From Macrostomum lignano (taxonomy: Eukaryota): a stretch of DNA of 64,000 nt. Below the pieces are notes generated by a model. That model searched no databases and had not been told where the DNA came from. It saw only the letters and a program-made list of their open reading frames with translations. Position 1 is the stretch's first letter. Every line of letters starts with the position of its first letter. A program made the position numbers and the translations under genes. Location of the stretch: NCBI GenBank assembly GCA_002269645.1, contig NIVC01000217.1:496001-560000 (forward strand). The letters run 5' to 3'. Below, in pieces: positions 25,110 through 37,291 of this stretch.

Positions 25110-28100
25110 TTATTCAGATAGGAACTCGTGCTGCCACAGCTCCTGTGCTGAGCTTCTGTCCCTGCGGTCCTTGGCGGTGCAGCGGCTGTAGAAATCCCTC
25201 AGCTCTGCGGACCGGCCATCTGGAAGGGCAGGGGCACCGCTGTTAGCGATTCTCAATGCGACTTGATAGATGCTTTGGTTGCCTCTGAAGGGCCTCGCGC
25301 CGGAGGCCATCTGGAAGACCGAGCAGCCGAACGCCCAGATGTCCGACTCTCTGCTGTACTGCACGCTGTCCGACTCTCCCGCTCCGAGCAGCTCTGGTGC
25401 CATGAAGTTCAGAGTGCCTTTGGGTGACTGAGTGGAGGCTGAGATGTGGCTGACTGACTGCTCCAGCTTGATTGACAAACCAAAGTCGATTAGCTTGATG
25501 GTTATGTTGTCGGCGCAAATGATGATATTGCTGCAGTTTATGTCTCTGTGGATCACGGGTGGCCTCCTATTGTGCATGTAGAGCAGGGCGCTGCAGATCT
25601 GCGAGCGGTCGGTCAGTGAGCAGTCATCATTCATGGGAGCATGGAACAGAAGCATCAAGGATGCACAATGCTCACCTGCTTGCTGAAGTCTCGAATCTTC
25701 AGCTCGTTCAGAGGCCTGTGGTTGATAAACCTCTCTAAGGTTTGGCCGTCCAGCAGCTCCATGAACACAACGACTGTGGCGGGCTCCGGCTGAGCGATGT
25801 GCAAGAACCTGACGATGTTGGGATGCCGCAGTCGGCACAGGTTTCTCTCGCTCTCGATAGCTCTGTGGATCTCCTTGCTCACAGAGTGCAGCTCATCACC
25901 GAGCTGCACAGGCAGTCTGAGAGTCTTGGCAGCGCACGTGACGTCAATGTCAGTGATGACTTCATGGACCTCACCGAAGCCTCCGCGACCAATGAATCGA
26001 ACGACGTCCCAGCGCTCCCGGAATGGTGAGCTGAGTTAGGTTTGTTAAGGATGTTTGAACTGAAGCAACAAGGAACTATTTTCTGATTTTTCTGTGCTCC
26101 CAGCTATTTCTGCCTTAGTTTCCCCTGCGCGAAAATGCATGCACTCACAGAGATTCCTCGAAGAAAATCAAGTCCTTGAACCTGGAATAAACGAAATAAA
26201 TGTAGTAACTTATCTTCGTGTCTACATGTAGTATTTTTTAAACCGCAGCTGGTTCATTCAGGAACTGAACTTGTCAAAGCAAACGTGCTTTGGACGCTAT
26301 ACATATTATATAATAATCAGCAAGATATGAAATCGGCAGTCAAAGTGTACTGCAAACACCCACAATGCATCTCAATCAAAACTACTCATGCATGCACTTT
26401 AAAGTCGGAGTTTCTCCATTCTTCATGGAAACTCACCCAAGCAGCAGATCAGCCAGTTCGGTCTTCTCATTCTGTCTGGCCAAATCCAGCGCAGTCTTGC
26501 CATCTTTGTTCTTCAGTCTCCAATCTGACCCCGAGTCCAGCAGAACCTGGCTGACTGCAGCGGCGGTGGTGAGGGTCGCGGAAGTGGCTGCCTCCATGAG
26601 GGGCGTGGATTCCCAGTGATCTAACGCGTTGGCGGAGGCTCCAGAGTCCAGCAGAGCGGAGGCTGCGGCAGAATTGCCAGCCTTGGCTGCATGGTGCAGG
26701 CAACTGTCAGCCCATCTATCCGCATAGGTGGGGTCACCCAGCTGCATCAAATGTTTCAACAGAGCCCCATCACCGCTGCTCTGAGCTGCTAGCATCAACG
26801 CGGTTTGACACGACAAGTCAGGGAGGTCGCAACTGCCGCGGGTCGCCGCTCTCTGCAGCCCCGCCGAGTCGTCCGCCTTGGCCAGCCGCTGCAGTTCCTG
26901 TCGATCCGCTTCCTCCTGCAAAGGCGAGCGGGAAATTTGAGCACAGCTGCTCAGTTGCAGCCGCATCGGCACTGCAGATGCCGCTCACCTGGTCTGTCAG
27001 GCCGAAGATCATGCCGCTTTTGATAACAAACAGTCGCATCTCCCTGCAACAACAAAACAAACTGTAATTTTTTGCCTTTCAATTTATGACAATTAATCAT
27101 AATTATTTACTACTCATTACCCAATCTGCAAGCATATGAAGATTCTAAGTGGTTTTCAACCTTCCTCTGCCCTGCGCAGGGCCCTGCTTGGACTCAATCG
27201 CAGGGACATCAGGGCGGTGACCATGGCTCTCTCAGGTCATGGCTGTTTTGCCCGGCATCGATACCTCCAGGGAAAAATCCACAGTGAGGAATGCCCTGTC
27301 TGCCTCTCCGATGTCAAGAATGCGGAGCACTTCATCTATGAATGCCCCGCCTTTACTCAGGACAGGCTCACCTACTTCGGCCCAAACCCGGACCTCTCCG
27401 ACGTTTTCAGGCCCAAGAATCTCTGCCAGCTCGTCTGCTACCTAAGGGCTACCGGGCGAGCGACCATCCACCTCCTGGACTCTCCAGAGGGGGACCGCGC
27501 TGCGGACAACGGCACCACCGGAACTCCCTGCGCGACACCGCTGCACTAGCTGCCCGTGGTCGCCAGGGGTTAGTGAAATCGGAGCCCCCTGCTCCGATAA
27601 GTCAAGTAAGTCAAGTGGTTTTCAACAATTAGCATGGCGATAGCGTTTCAGATTTCTCACACGAAGCTTATTAAGCTGTTTCCTTCGAAGCAGCATATAC
27701 TGGCATTCACGCAAAAAAATAAGTAATTTTAGTGATGATTTAACTAATCGACCAGTTTATTGACTGATTCTGGCTTACCCAGCCGAATGCGGCAATATTG
27801 AGACTAAAATTAAACAAAACTGCTCACTCACCGCTCGATGTAGCTGGCCAGCTCTGAGTGGCCGCTGAGCCTTGCCAGATCCGAAGCCGTCCGACCCTCG
27901 CGATCCTTCAGTCCGAGCAGCCGTGACCTCTTCGAGTTTCCGCGCCTACTGCACTCATTGAACCTCATCTGCCTGAGCAGGTGCAGCAGGTGCTTGGCGC
28001 ATTTCCAGCTTCCAGTCCGCGCCGCCTCCATCAGCGGAGTGGTGTCGTTGTCGCTCCGCACCCACTTCGCATCGAACGACATCAGCGTCAGCAGCCGCAG

Positions 28101-28340
28101 GTGGTCCCATCGGGCTGCCAGGTGCGCAGCCGTGTCGCCGTTCGCGTCAGCCGCATTGGGGTTCGCGCCCAGCTCAAATAAGTACAATATGCACTTTTCA
28201 GTCTGCACGGGAGTCTCAGGAGCGTCGGCCACGAGCATTAGTATGTTCTTACGATCTGAATCAACTTTAGTTACCAGGTTGTGCGTTGCCAGCTGCCTGA
28301 CCTGGTTGTAGTCACCGCGGAGGACATAGTCGGCTAGAGT
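25110..28340 (-). CDS. Ankyrin-repeat + MEKK/STE11-like Ser/Thr kinase; exons 28340-27832, 27043-26989, 26915-26437, 26181-26149, 26030-25676, 25598-25110 (5' exon not fixed)
   Basis: All five internal introns are GT-AG with matching phases (2,0,2,2,0), giving 1920 nt = 640 codons. Ankyrin motifs [41 protein letters not shown]; kinase motifs [38 protein letters not shown]. Confidence 0.85.
27161..27612 (+). mobile_element. 5'-truncated non-LTR retrotransposon (C-terminal CCHC zinc knuckle) in a kinase intron
   Basis: SGHGCFARH...CPVC...EHFIYECP motif; (caagt)-type tail; 14-bp TSD aagtggttttcaac at 27147-60 and 27613-26. Confidence 0.85.
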
Positions 28341-28779
28341 CTGAGGGTTTCAATGGTATTTCGGCATTGAAATTCCCCGAGTGAGAGTCTGTGGATTTTA
28401 ATTTGGATTCAACATTGAAATTTAATCTCACGGCAGCTGCTCACCCGGAGATTCATGAGCTTTTAAAACAGTCACCAATTCTTTGACTGAGCACTGTCAG
28501 AATTGAACTCAAAAAAATTCTTCTCACCGTTCGTATCAAGATTTTAGCCAATTTTGTTGCTTTATGTAGAACACGCATCACAAAGTTTTCTGCTCTCTCC
28601 CTCATTTTCTAATTTTCTAAATTTCAGCAGGTTGCTACTTGTATTAGTAGTGCATTAAGACTAGCTTTTGCTGCACTTTCAGGAACAGCTGCTTGCCTCT
28701 AGGGACAATAGTCTCATAAGTATTTTGGAGGTGTGCCTGGTAGAATGAAGTCTGAATATGAAGGCGTGGGACAGTGCCA

Positions 28780-29000
28780 ATCTTAATATGAATCTTCTTC
28801 TCAATCCTAATCTCAATTTTAATCTTGATCTCAATGTCAATCTCATTCTCAATGTCAATCTCAATATCAATCTCATTTCCAATGTCAATCTCAATGTCAA
28901 TCTCATTCTCAATCTCCTTCTCAATGTCAATCTCGACGTCAATTTTGATGTCAATGTCAATCTCAATGTCAATCTCAATGTCAATCTAAATGTCAATCTA
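28780..29000. repeat. (AATCTC/AATGTC)n hexamer repeat
   Basis: Read directly; it produces the spurious NLNV/LTLR ORFs. Confidence 0.9.
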
Positions 29001-29493
29001 ATACCGCTTCAAAAGGCAGACGAAAGCCGAGGCAAACGTTTTGAATACTTCAAAAAGTCTATTGAAAAGAAAAAAGAAAATCAAAGACGGCTTAAAACTT
29101 CACAATACAAAAAATTCGAATCCTCCAAAATAAAGTGTCAAGCTCACAAAAGTGACATACATTTTTAGTATTGACTCCGTCAGTTTGTCGTACAATTCTT
29201 TTTCGATTTTTCATCCAGCTACAAGCACGTATCCCAGCTGGCTCTATCGCTTTGTGATTGATGTGGGAGTTTAGTTGGCAATGTCAGCTTTAAGCCACCT
29301 GGTGGCGGAGTTGAGGATAATTGCAAGATTTTCCATCGCTGAAGAAAAAAACCGCCTTTTCTGGCCTGGTTTAATTAGAGACTTGATATCACCGAAAATG
29401 ATTCTGGAAAGCGATTTTAATTAACTTTTAGCGGCTTTTGTGATTAATTAGTTGTTCTCATATCTTATAACTCCAGTGTTGAACAATTATCCC

Positions 29494-30231
29494 TCAGCCA
29501 CGCTGGTAGAGAGTCCAGTCGGGTCCGGTCAGGCTGACTGGCGGGTAGGCGAACGCCAGCAGGTGGCAGGCGAGCAGCCGCTTGGAGAAAACGGCGGCCT
29601 GGCAGTCGGCTCTGGCGCTGCACTGAAGCAGGCAGTCCGCGTCAGACTGGGCAGCGGCCGGCCAGACGGAAGTCGAGTCGGAAGTCACCGGAGGGCTGGA
29701 CGTCCGCACCACCGTGTAGGTGTTGTTGTCCAGACCTTATCAAAGAAAATTAACTGTCTTGGCTCATTTTTTGTGTATGAATTCACTGCATATTTCTGAA
29801 TTCTATTAGGCTGAAAGAAGCTTCATACCGGTAAAAGTCAGAGCGAACACCGAATTGCGGTAATATCCTCCGCATATCTTATTTGAGTTTCCAGAGCACT
29901 TCAAGCTACAGTCGCTCTCGTTAGCCTTGCCGTACGATCCGTAGGAGTTGCCGCAGAAGCACTCCTTGCTGTACTGCAGCCCGAAATAAACAAAACCGTT
30001 AAGAGCGCAGATGGCAGCACAGAATTCCGGCGACATCTCCCTGCCATTGGAGACGCAATTGCAGGAGGTGACGCGGAACGAGCCAATGCTGATGAGGTTT
30101 CTCAGCCCGTTTATGTCTCTGCGAGCCTCTTTGTCAACGTAGCAGCCCAGATAGAAGAGACTGACTAGCCTGCCAGTTACGCCAGCCAGGAGAGCGAAAA
30201 ACAGAATTGACAGTTGATTTTCTCGGTTCAT
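29494..30231 (-). CDS. Secreted WSC + PAN/Apple-like protein, copy 3 (exons 30231-29829, 29735-29494)
   Basis: Signal peptide, WSC motif, phase-1 intron (g|gtatg...ataag|gt) and intact PAN-like exon. Confidence 0.88.
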
Positions 30232-30292
30232 TTTACAAACGCAGTTGATTTTTAGTTTGATAGCCGATTTGGTGGCGAAAAATCTTACGGAA

Positions 30293-30342
30293 TTTTATAA
30301 CCAAATTCTATCCTCACCAAAACCAATCACGCCTCATCCAAT
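30293..30342 (-). promoter_or_regulatory. TATAAAA box plus paired CCAAT boxes upstream of copy 3
   Basis: TATAAAA (minus) at 30299-30293, about 62 nt above the ATG; CCAAT at 30323-27 and 30338-42. Confidence 0.5.
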
Positions 30343-30695
30343 CAAAATGCAATCCGGTATATAATTTTAATTCGTCTGCTTACTCATGGAGATCTTGAAA
30401 TCTAGATTTTCGTGGCTGACAATAAGGCTAGCTATCCCAGTTTTGCCTTTACTACAGGCTACACTCATGAAAAATATTGGTTGCATAAAAAACTTACTTT
30501 TTCATGCTTCACTGACAAAGAAATACGAGCTTACATTCTTTTTTGAGCAAAAAAGAGGCATCATAACAGTCTTAGTGTCAATCTTGTCAGAGAATTAAGT
30601 TTCATTTTATTTTCTGATAAAAGATATTTGCTCTCTTAATCAGCGAAAAGGAGCCAATGCAGATAAAAAAGCTTAAATACACTTTAACGGCTTAA

Positions 30696-33025
30696 CCTTA
30701 TGATTACCAGTGGCATGCTGTGCATGCCATCGTTCATTCTGTCAATTGACCATAGACAGATTTGAAGTCGATGGGAAAGCGAGTTTAGACAGAATCATTG
30801 TCTGACTCAACCAAATGGAATGCTATGCATGCCAAGGCCAAAAAACTGTTTGTATTGTCATACTGCGTCGGAGTGTCACAAAACAAATAGAAAACGACAT
30901 ACATTGCATGCACAAAGGTAAATCTTGAGAACATAAGGGCAAATGAAGCTGCATGCAAGTGAATGAAAATAATTTTAGCAACAGTTCGATTACAGTTTCA
31001 GCAAAGCGCCAGCAATCAGTTAGCCGAGTGCCACTCAAAGAAGCACGGCTCCAGGCAAAGCCCAGGCTGACCGTCACAGCCTTGGCAGAAGTAGACGGTC
31101 CGCTTTTTCAGTCTGCGCTGGTAACAAACTCGGCAACGCTTGGTAGGCCGTTCTTGTGCTGCGGTAGCGGGTAGCTTTTCCAGCCGGTGATGAATTTCGC
31201 CTGGCTGACGGGGAAGAGCCTGACGCTTAACTCTCGATCGACCATTTCCGCTGCTTTCAATCAAGTGCTTTACACACCTTTCAGTGTAGCTGAGAAAGCT
31301 CATGGATCCACCTAGATGTCGGTACACAATCCAGGAGTTGCGAACCAGCTGCTGTAGCAGAAACACCGCCAACTTTACGAACCATTTGTGCGTTCGGCGG
31401 CATGCGCTGTAAGGCTGGGCTGCGGCATCCATCCGATCCACACCTCCCATGTTGTGATTATATTGCAAAACCGAGTTGGGCTTCAGCAGCTGCTGCTCCA
31501 CACCACCGCGCAGTACCCGGCTAACCAAAGAGCTAGCAGCCGTTGAAGCGGAGTCCAACAGATAGACCGTCTTTGTTCCTGAGCTTCGCCTGTCAACCAG
31601 CTTCACAGCAAGGATGTCACCATGTCGGGCAAAGGAATGACTCGGTGGTTGCAAGAGCATATCTCGCAGAATCGGTGGAACGCCTCGGTCTTTGCGAACG
31701 GTCCCAGTTAAGGTTGTTCCTCTGGTCAGAAGGAACTTGGCCAGTCGCACCGATGAAAACCAACTGTCGCAAAAGACCCGATATCCAAGGTCCAGAATGT
31801 CGCGACAAAGTTCTACGACGACTCTCTCACTGATTGAGAGCTGCGGCACATCGTTGCCGAACTGTTCATTCGCAATGGTGGTTGAATGTATCAGATAGTT
31901 CCACATGTAGCCTGTAGAAGACTCTGCAAGGCAGTACAATTTGATGCCAAACTTGGCTCTCTTGTTGGGCATGTACTGCTTAAAAATCAGCCTCCCTTTA
32001 TAGAGCAGCAGCGCTTCATCAACGGCAATGCTTTGACCGGGCAGGTAGCTGTTCTTGCAAACTGTCTGGACCATGTCTAGGAACGGCCTGATCTTGCACA
32101 AGGGATCACCAGCGTCGAAGTCAAGACAGTCATAGCAACGCAGCCATGACATGATTTGTTGAAACCGCGAGCGAGGAAGCATCTTCATGCTTTGAAGGTA
32201 GGGATGAAAGTAAAACGGGTCCGTGGACCAGTAAGCCGTCACCTCCGGTTTCTGTACAACTCCGGTATATAATATAACGCCGATCACCTTCTTCATCTCA
32301 GAAACAGTGCAGGGCTTCCACGTTCTGAGCCCGTAAGGCAGTTCATCATCTCCGTGTTCTTGAAACTTGGCAATATCCAGCTGCGCTCTCTTGTTTGTCC
32401 ACATGCACATCTGAAGCAGCAACTCATCGGGTAAAAGTTGCTCGAAAATGGCTGTCCAGCCGTCGTCAACATCAGCAGGTACGGAGAATCCCGGATTGAC
32501 TCCGCTTGCCCCGAGGAACTCGGGAAGGGAATTAGCTCGAGCATCAGTCTCTGGAGTTACTGATCTCCAATCATCGTGCATCATTCCCTGATCGTCTTCC
32601 TCCGATCCATCGTTGCCTTCTTGATTTTCGTCACCGTCCTCTCCCTCGCTCTCGGCAGTGAAAAATGAGTCATCGCTCGACTCATCGCTCGATTCGCTGT
32701 CGAGGCCCAAGTTTCACAAGGCTTGCTTGGCTGCTTGCCGTCGCTGTCTGACCGCTTGCATTGTAGATTTGGTAAGTTGGGGTGGTGAGCTAAGGAGGCA
32801 CCAGTAAAAATTCTTGCAGTTAACTTTTCATGCCTGTATTCCCTCCCTCTTGCCTTTTTTCTAGGTTGGCCATAGACTATTCTCCAGTCAAAGATGTCAC
32901 TTCTCCTGTTGAGAAAGTGTTTTCTTGCCTCTGCATAATAAAGCAACTGTTTTGAAATTCGAAGTGTACAGCGCAGATCTAAATTGTCTATGGCATGCAG
33001 TGCTTGCCATTTGGTAAGATAGAGA
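30696..33025 (-). mobile_element. piggyBac DNA transposon
   Basis: TTAA at 30692-95 followed by TIR ccttatgattaccagtggcatgctgtgcatgccat; degenerate complementary TIR at about 32990-33025; transposase ORF inside. Confidence 0.85.
31016..32761 (-). pseudogene. piggyBac transposase (PGBD4-like), ORF intact except an in-frame TGA at codon 16
   Basis: Catalytic motifs AVDE, FCDSWF and MGGVDRMD; acidic N-terminus; C-terminal Cys-rich domain CRVC...CQGC...LCLEPCFFEWH; ATG at 32761, TGA at 32716-14. Confidence 0.9.
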
Positions 33026-33178
33026 TGTGGGGAAGGAAATAGCCCTCTGCCGAAGATTGAAAACCACGCTCGTACAAGACATGATTAAAAATTATTTGTT
33101 TGTATTTCGGTCATATAGAATTTACTCAGCCGCTTTGAAACGCCACACAGCGGGCTTGTTGCAATTTCACGCAATCTA

Positions 33179-34677
33179 CAGGTGATCCAGGAAGGTCTCC
33201 CAGATTACAAACAGAGTTTTCTCTGCACTGGATTGATGGATTGGGCTGAAACTTGACCTGCTCAAACTTTATTCTGAATATGATTTTTGTCTAAAAATCT
33301 TAGCAATTGCTAAAAAAATCACGAAGTTACAGCAGTTTTTCTAAAAAACACCGTTTTCACTTACTGATGAGCACATTTCATTCCAGACTTACACGACTTA
33401 CACGCCAGTTGAAAGATTTAAAATGGCATCCTGGCTGGATGAATTGAAGAGTCCGCTGTTGGTCCAGCGGCGATGGCGTCGTGAGTTCAATTTGGCTGCC
33501 AAACAACGCCCTCCAGATGCTAAGACCATCAAAGATGCACTTAAGGTGGCCTGTGAGTTTGGTTTGGCTCGACGACCAATTTCTGGGCGTCCACGGACTG
33601 CTCGTTCTGCTGAGAATGTGGAACAAGTTGTTCAATACTTCAAGGAGCGACCACAACAGTCAGTACGTCGTGCGAGTCGGGAGCTGAATGTTAGCCATCA
33701 GTCCATCCTTCGTGTGCTGGATAAGAGTGGCTTTCACCCCTATCGCATGCGCCGTCAACAGGCAATGAATGAGGCCGGCCATGAGGCGCGAGTGCTATTC
33801 GCAACTGATATGCTGGAGATGTTTGACAGTGATCCTGAAATGTTAACCAACATCATTTTCTCTGATGAGGCTCATTTCTCCCTGCATGGCCACACTAACA
33901 CCTGGAACTCGCGGTATTGGGCCATTGAAAACCCAGATTTCTCTATCCAGATGCCCCTTCACAGACCACGCGTCTCATGCTGGGCTGGAATTTGGTCCCG
34001 CGGCATTGTTGGACCTTTCTTCTGTGAGGATGCGCAGGGTGCAACTGTTACGTTGGATTCTGAGCGGTACGTGGAAATGCTGGATACAAAGTTTCTGCCT
34101 GTGGTTCAGAATTACGAGGCATTTTTTGCTGGTGACTTGTGGCTGATGCAGGATGGTGCTCCAGCCCACATCGAGCTTAATGTGCGTGAATGGATTCAGC
34201 ACAACTTTGAGGAGCGCGAAATCGGACGCTATGAGACAATTCATTGGCTTGCACCCAGTCCTGATCTCAACCCTAAGGACTTCTTTGTCTGGGGATGGGT
34301 GAAGGACAACGTCTACCGACAGCCAGTGGACAGCCTGGATGAGCTAAGGCACGGAAAACGCAGCTAATGCATGATATGCCAGTGGATTTCGGTGTCAACA
34401 GCCTTAATAGCTTTAAGAAGCGCCTGCAGACTTGTATCGACAACAAAGGTCATCATGTGGAGCACTGACTAACAGTTGCATAGCAGATTGTGCTAAAACC
34501 CTACTGATTTAACAAAAAACTGCTGTAACTTCATGATTTTTTTAGCAATTGCTAAGATTTTTAGACAAGAAATATTTTCAGAATAAAGTTTAAGCAGGTC
34601 AAGTTTCAGCCCAATCCATCAATCCAGTGCAGAGAAAACTCTGCTTCTAGTCCGGGAGACCTTTCTGGACCTCCCTG
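33179..34677 (+). mobile_element. Tc1/mariner DD41D (rosa-like) transposon with a C-terminal frameshift in the transposase (33423-34470)
   Basis: TA TSDs at 33177-78 and 34678-79; TIRs of about 165 bp; FSDEAHF, QDGAPAH and SPDLNPKDFFVWG with 41 residues between D2 and D3; the tail KKRLQTCIDNKGHHVEH is in a shifted frame. Confidence 0.92.
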
Positions 34678-35828
34678 TATTTTGCTAAGCTGAAGTGAGA
34701 TTCTTATCGTGTGATGGGTTGGGTTTCCGGTCCAAAAATATCAATGCGTTCATTCTACCCTCACGTTTGACTATTTAGGTGGCTAGCTGGTAGTGCAGTT
34801 CATACGAGCCATTTATCTGCAACAGCTAGGTAGAGCTAGGGGCAGCAGTGTATACTTTGCACGGATGCATTTGCAAGAGGCCATAAACAAACTTACGAGT
34901 TTAAATGTAAGCTGTTGGTCAAAGCTTCACAGTGTCGCAGACACAAAATTAGTCAACAGCTCTTGAATTTTTAATAATTCACTCTAACGTGCCAAGTAAG
35001 TTTTTACTGCCTGCCTGCTGTGTCTATTTTGTTTTCATTTTAAATAACTAAAACAAGTTTATTTTAAAGAAAAGAGTCTGTTATGATATCCTTAGCAGCA
35101 TTGAAACTCGCCCCTCTATTGTTTAACGCCGTCCACGAGGTTAGAAGATTCGAAAGTTGCTGAATTATTGTTGGCAACAAGCATGAGGAAGATTGCCGGG
35201 AACTCAAGACTTAGCATTTTTGGAAACCAAAAAGTACTTTTGCTCAAAAGTAGCAAAACGAGCACTTTTCGAGTACTTTTTTGTAATTTTCAAATTATTT
35301 GTATTTCAATTTAGGCAGGGGTGCAAGAAAAGCGATATACGAATTACAAAGCTAAAGCTCAAATCGGTACTGAGTTTGATTGCGTTGAGTAATCGATCAC
35401 CAATGACATGTTTGTGCGATGTACTACTGGGGAGCAATGACCCATTCAGAGAAGCACTGTACCCATGGCAGGGGTACTTCCTTTAAATGTTAAAGGTTGC
35501 GCCGACAAAAATACGGGTAGAGTACAGTTTTCAAGATACGGCTTAGCGCGATACACAGAAATCTTTCAGAGGACCCTCTTTCAGTGCGCCAATAAAGGGC
35601 GATGCCATTTGGAATCAAATTTTTATATTCTTGTGAACAAAATTTAATGTTGCATATTTGCTTATTTTACTTTCTTTATAATTTATAGTAGTGTGAAAGA
35701 TTACACTAGGCCTACTATAACAGGTTCGAAGCAGCACATTTCATTTGTTACAATATAATTGTTAGATTTAAATTGTTTTATGCGTTAATTTGTCATTCAG
35801 TTGGTTGTTCAAATGCAAACTATCTCTA

Positions 35829-35901
<73 letters not shown>
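35829..35901. repeat. (CT)n microsatellite
   Basis: Read directly. Confidence 0.97.
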
Positions 35902-35908
<7 letters not shown>

Positions 35909-37291
35909 TCCCCCTCTCTCCTCTCTTTGTCCTTGTCTCTTTCCCTCTCTCTCTTCTTTTTAGTTCGCTTTTAAAGTTATTTTGCGGTCTGTGCATCGGG
36001 AGCTGCGGATAACGGTGGTAGGGGAAATGGGGAGACAAGGAATATGAGGAGACATGGAGATGAAGGCTCAAAAGTAATTTGTGACAAAAAGACATACGCT
36101 CGTAAGTAAAGAAACAGTTTGGGGTATGCTCGTAATTTGACCAAAAAGGGAAATACTAAATTGCGATCATGCCAACCTTTTTTTGCTTTTGTCTTTTTGT
36201 CAAGAATTACCTTTGAGCCTGCTGCAATCGAGTGCTAACGTTATTCAATGTTAAAATGAACATTGTATACCAAAACTCTGTCACAGAAACTCTTGTTTGA
36301 GTTGAGATTTGTCTGAGAGCTCATTCTAACTCTGGTGAGACTGGTATGAATTCAGTTCCCCGTTACACTATTTAGGGTTGCTATCAGGGGTGAGATTTTC
36401 ACTGAATGCTTGAAATGGTCTCTCCTCCTTCCTCCACTTCTGTCCGCCCCTCCTATCCTCGTGCTCTCCCTCCTTCCCTTTCCTCTCTTCCTTCTCCTTT
36501 CTCATTTTAAGGAAGAGACCTGCACCAGTGATTTCGGGGAGGTGAAAAGGCGTCAACTTTTCATTTTATAAAAGCAAAATCTGAAGCAATTGTTCGCACT
36601 TTGCTGCTTCGATCCAACCAAAATACACTACTGTCAAGTTTTACCGCGAATAGTAGCATCTTGTCTTGAAAAGATTGTTTCGATCCCGTAGCCACATTTT
36701 CCCCACTAAGGCTTGAATTACTGGCTCAATTGACGTGGAAAATGATTTACCCCCTTTTAGACCCGCGTAATATGCAGCTTAAACTGGGCACCCGATGATA
36801 TCAGTAGCGAATGAACTCAAGGTCTTACTGGCCGCATCAGCCGCCGCCAAAGAATCCGCTGCCAAGTGCAGCACTGTACTGCTGTTGCTGCTGCTGCTGG
36901 TGGGGTCTTGTAGCCTATGGTTAATTTATCTGGCCGGGCAACGCTTTTGCCCCCATTCTGGAGTGTCTCTTTATTTGTGTGGCTATTTTAAATACACCCG
37001 TTGCAAGCCCTCTCTCCCTTGCTAAGTTTGGCGAAGCAACCACGAAATTATCGTTTACACTTTCAAATTTCCAGCTAAGCCGCCACCGTTCGGCCTGTCT
37101 TAATGAGCGAGGTCACCGACGTGAAAAAAATTATACGCTTAAGACCGTCAAGTAGGTCTTTTTTGAATGATGAATGTAGTTTAAATTCCCATAGAAGAGT
37201 TTTTACCTGTCGAACTTTAAGCTCATTCTTCTGAACTTTACGAAAGGAAGGTTAACACTACCGCACTGTTGTCTTTATTATTGCTTTTCAG

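Noticed and set aside
28679-29168. Asn-rich or Arg/Leu-rich ORFs
   Set aside because: Hexamer microsatellite translation.
36795-37025. First exon or signal peptide of the caspase gene
   Set aside because: No convincing phase-1 donor linking it to exon 37292; the Leu run comes from a ctg repeat.
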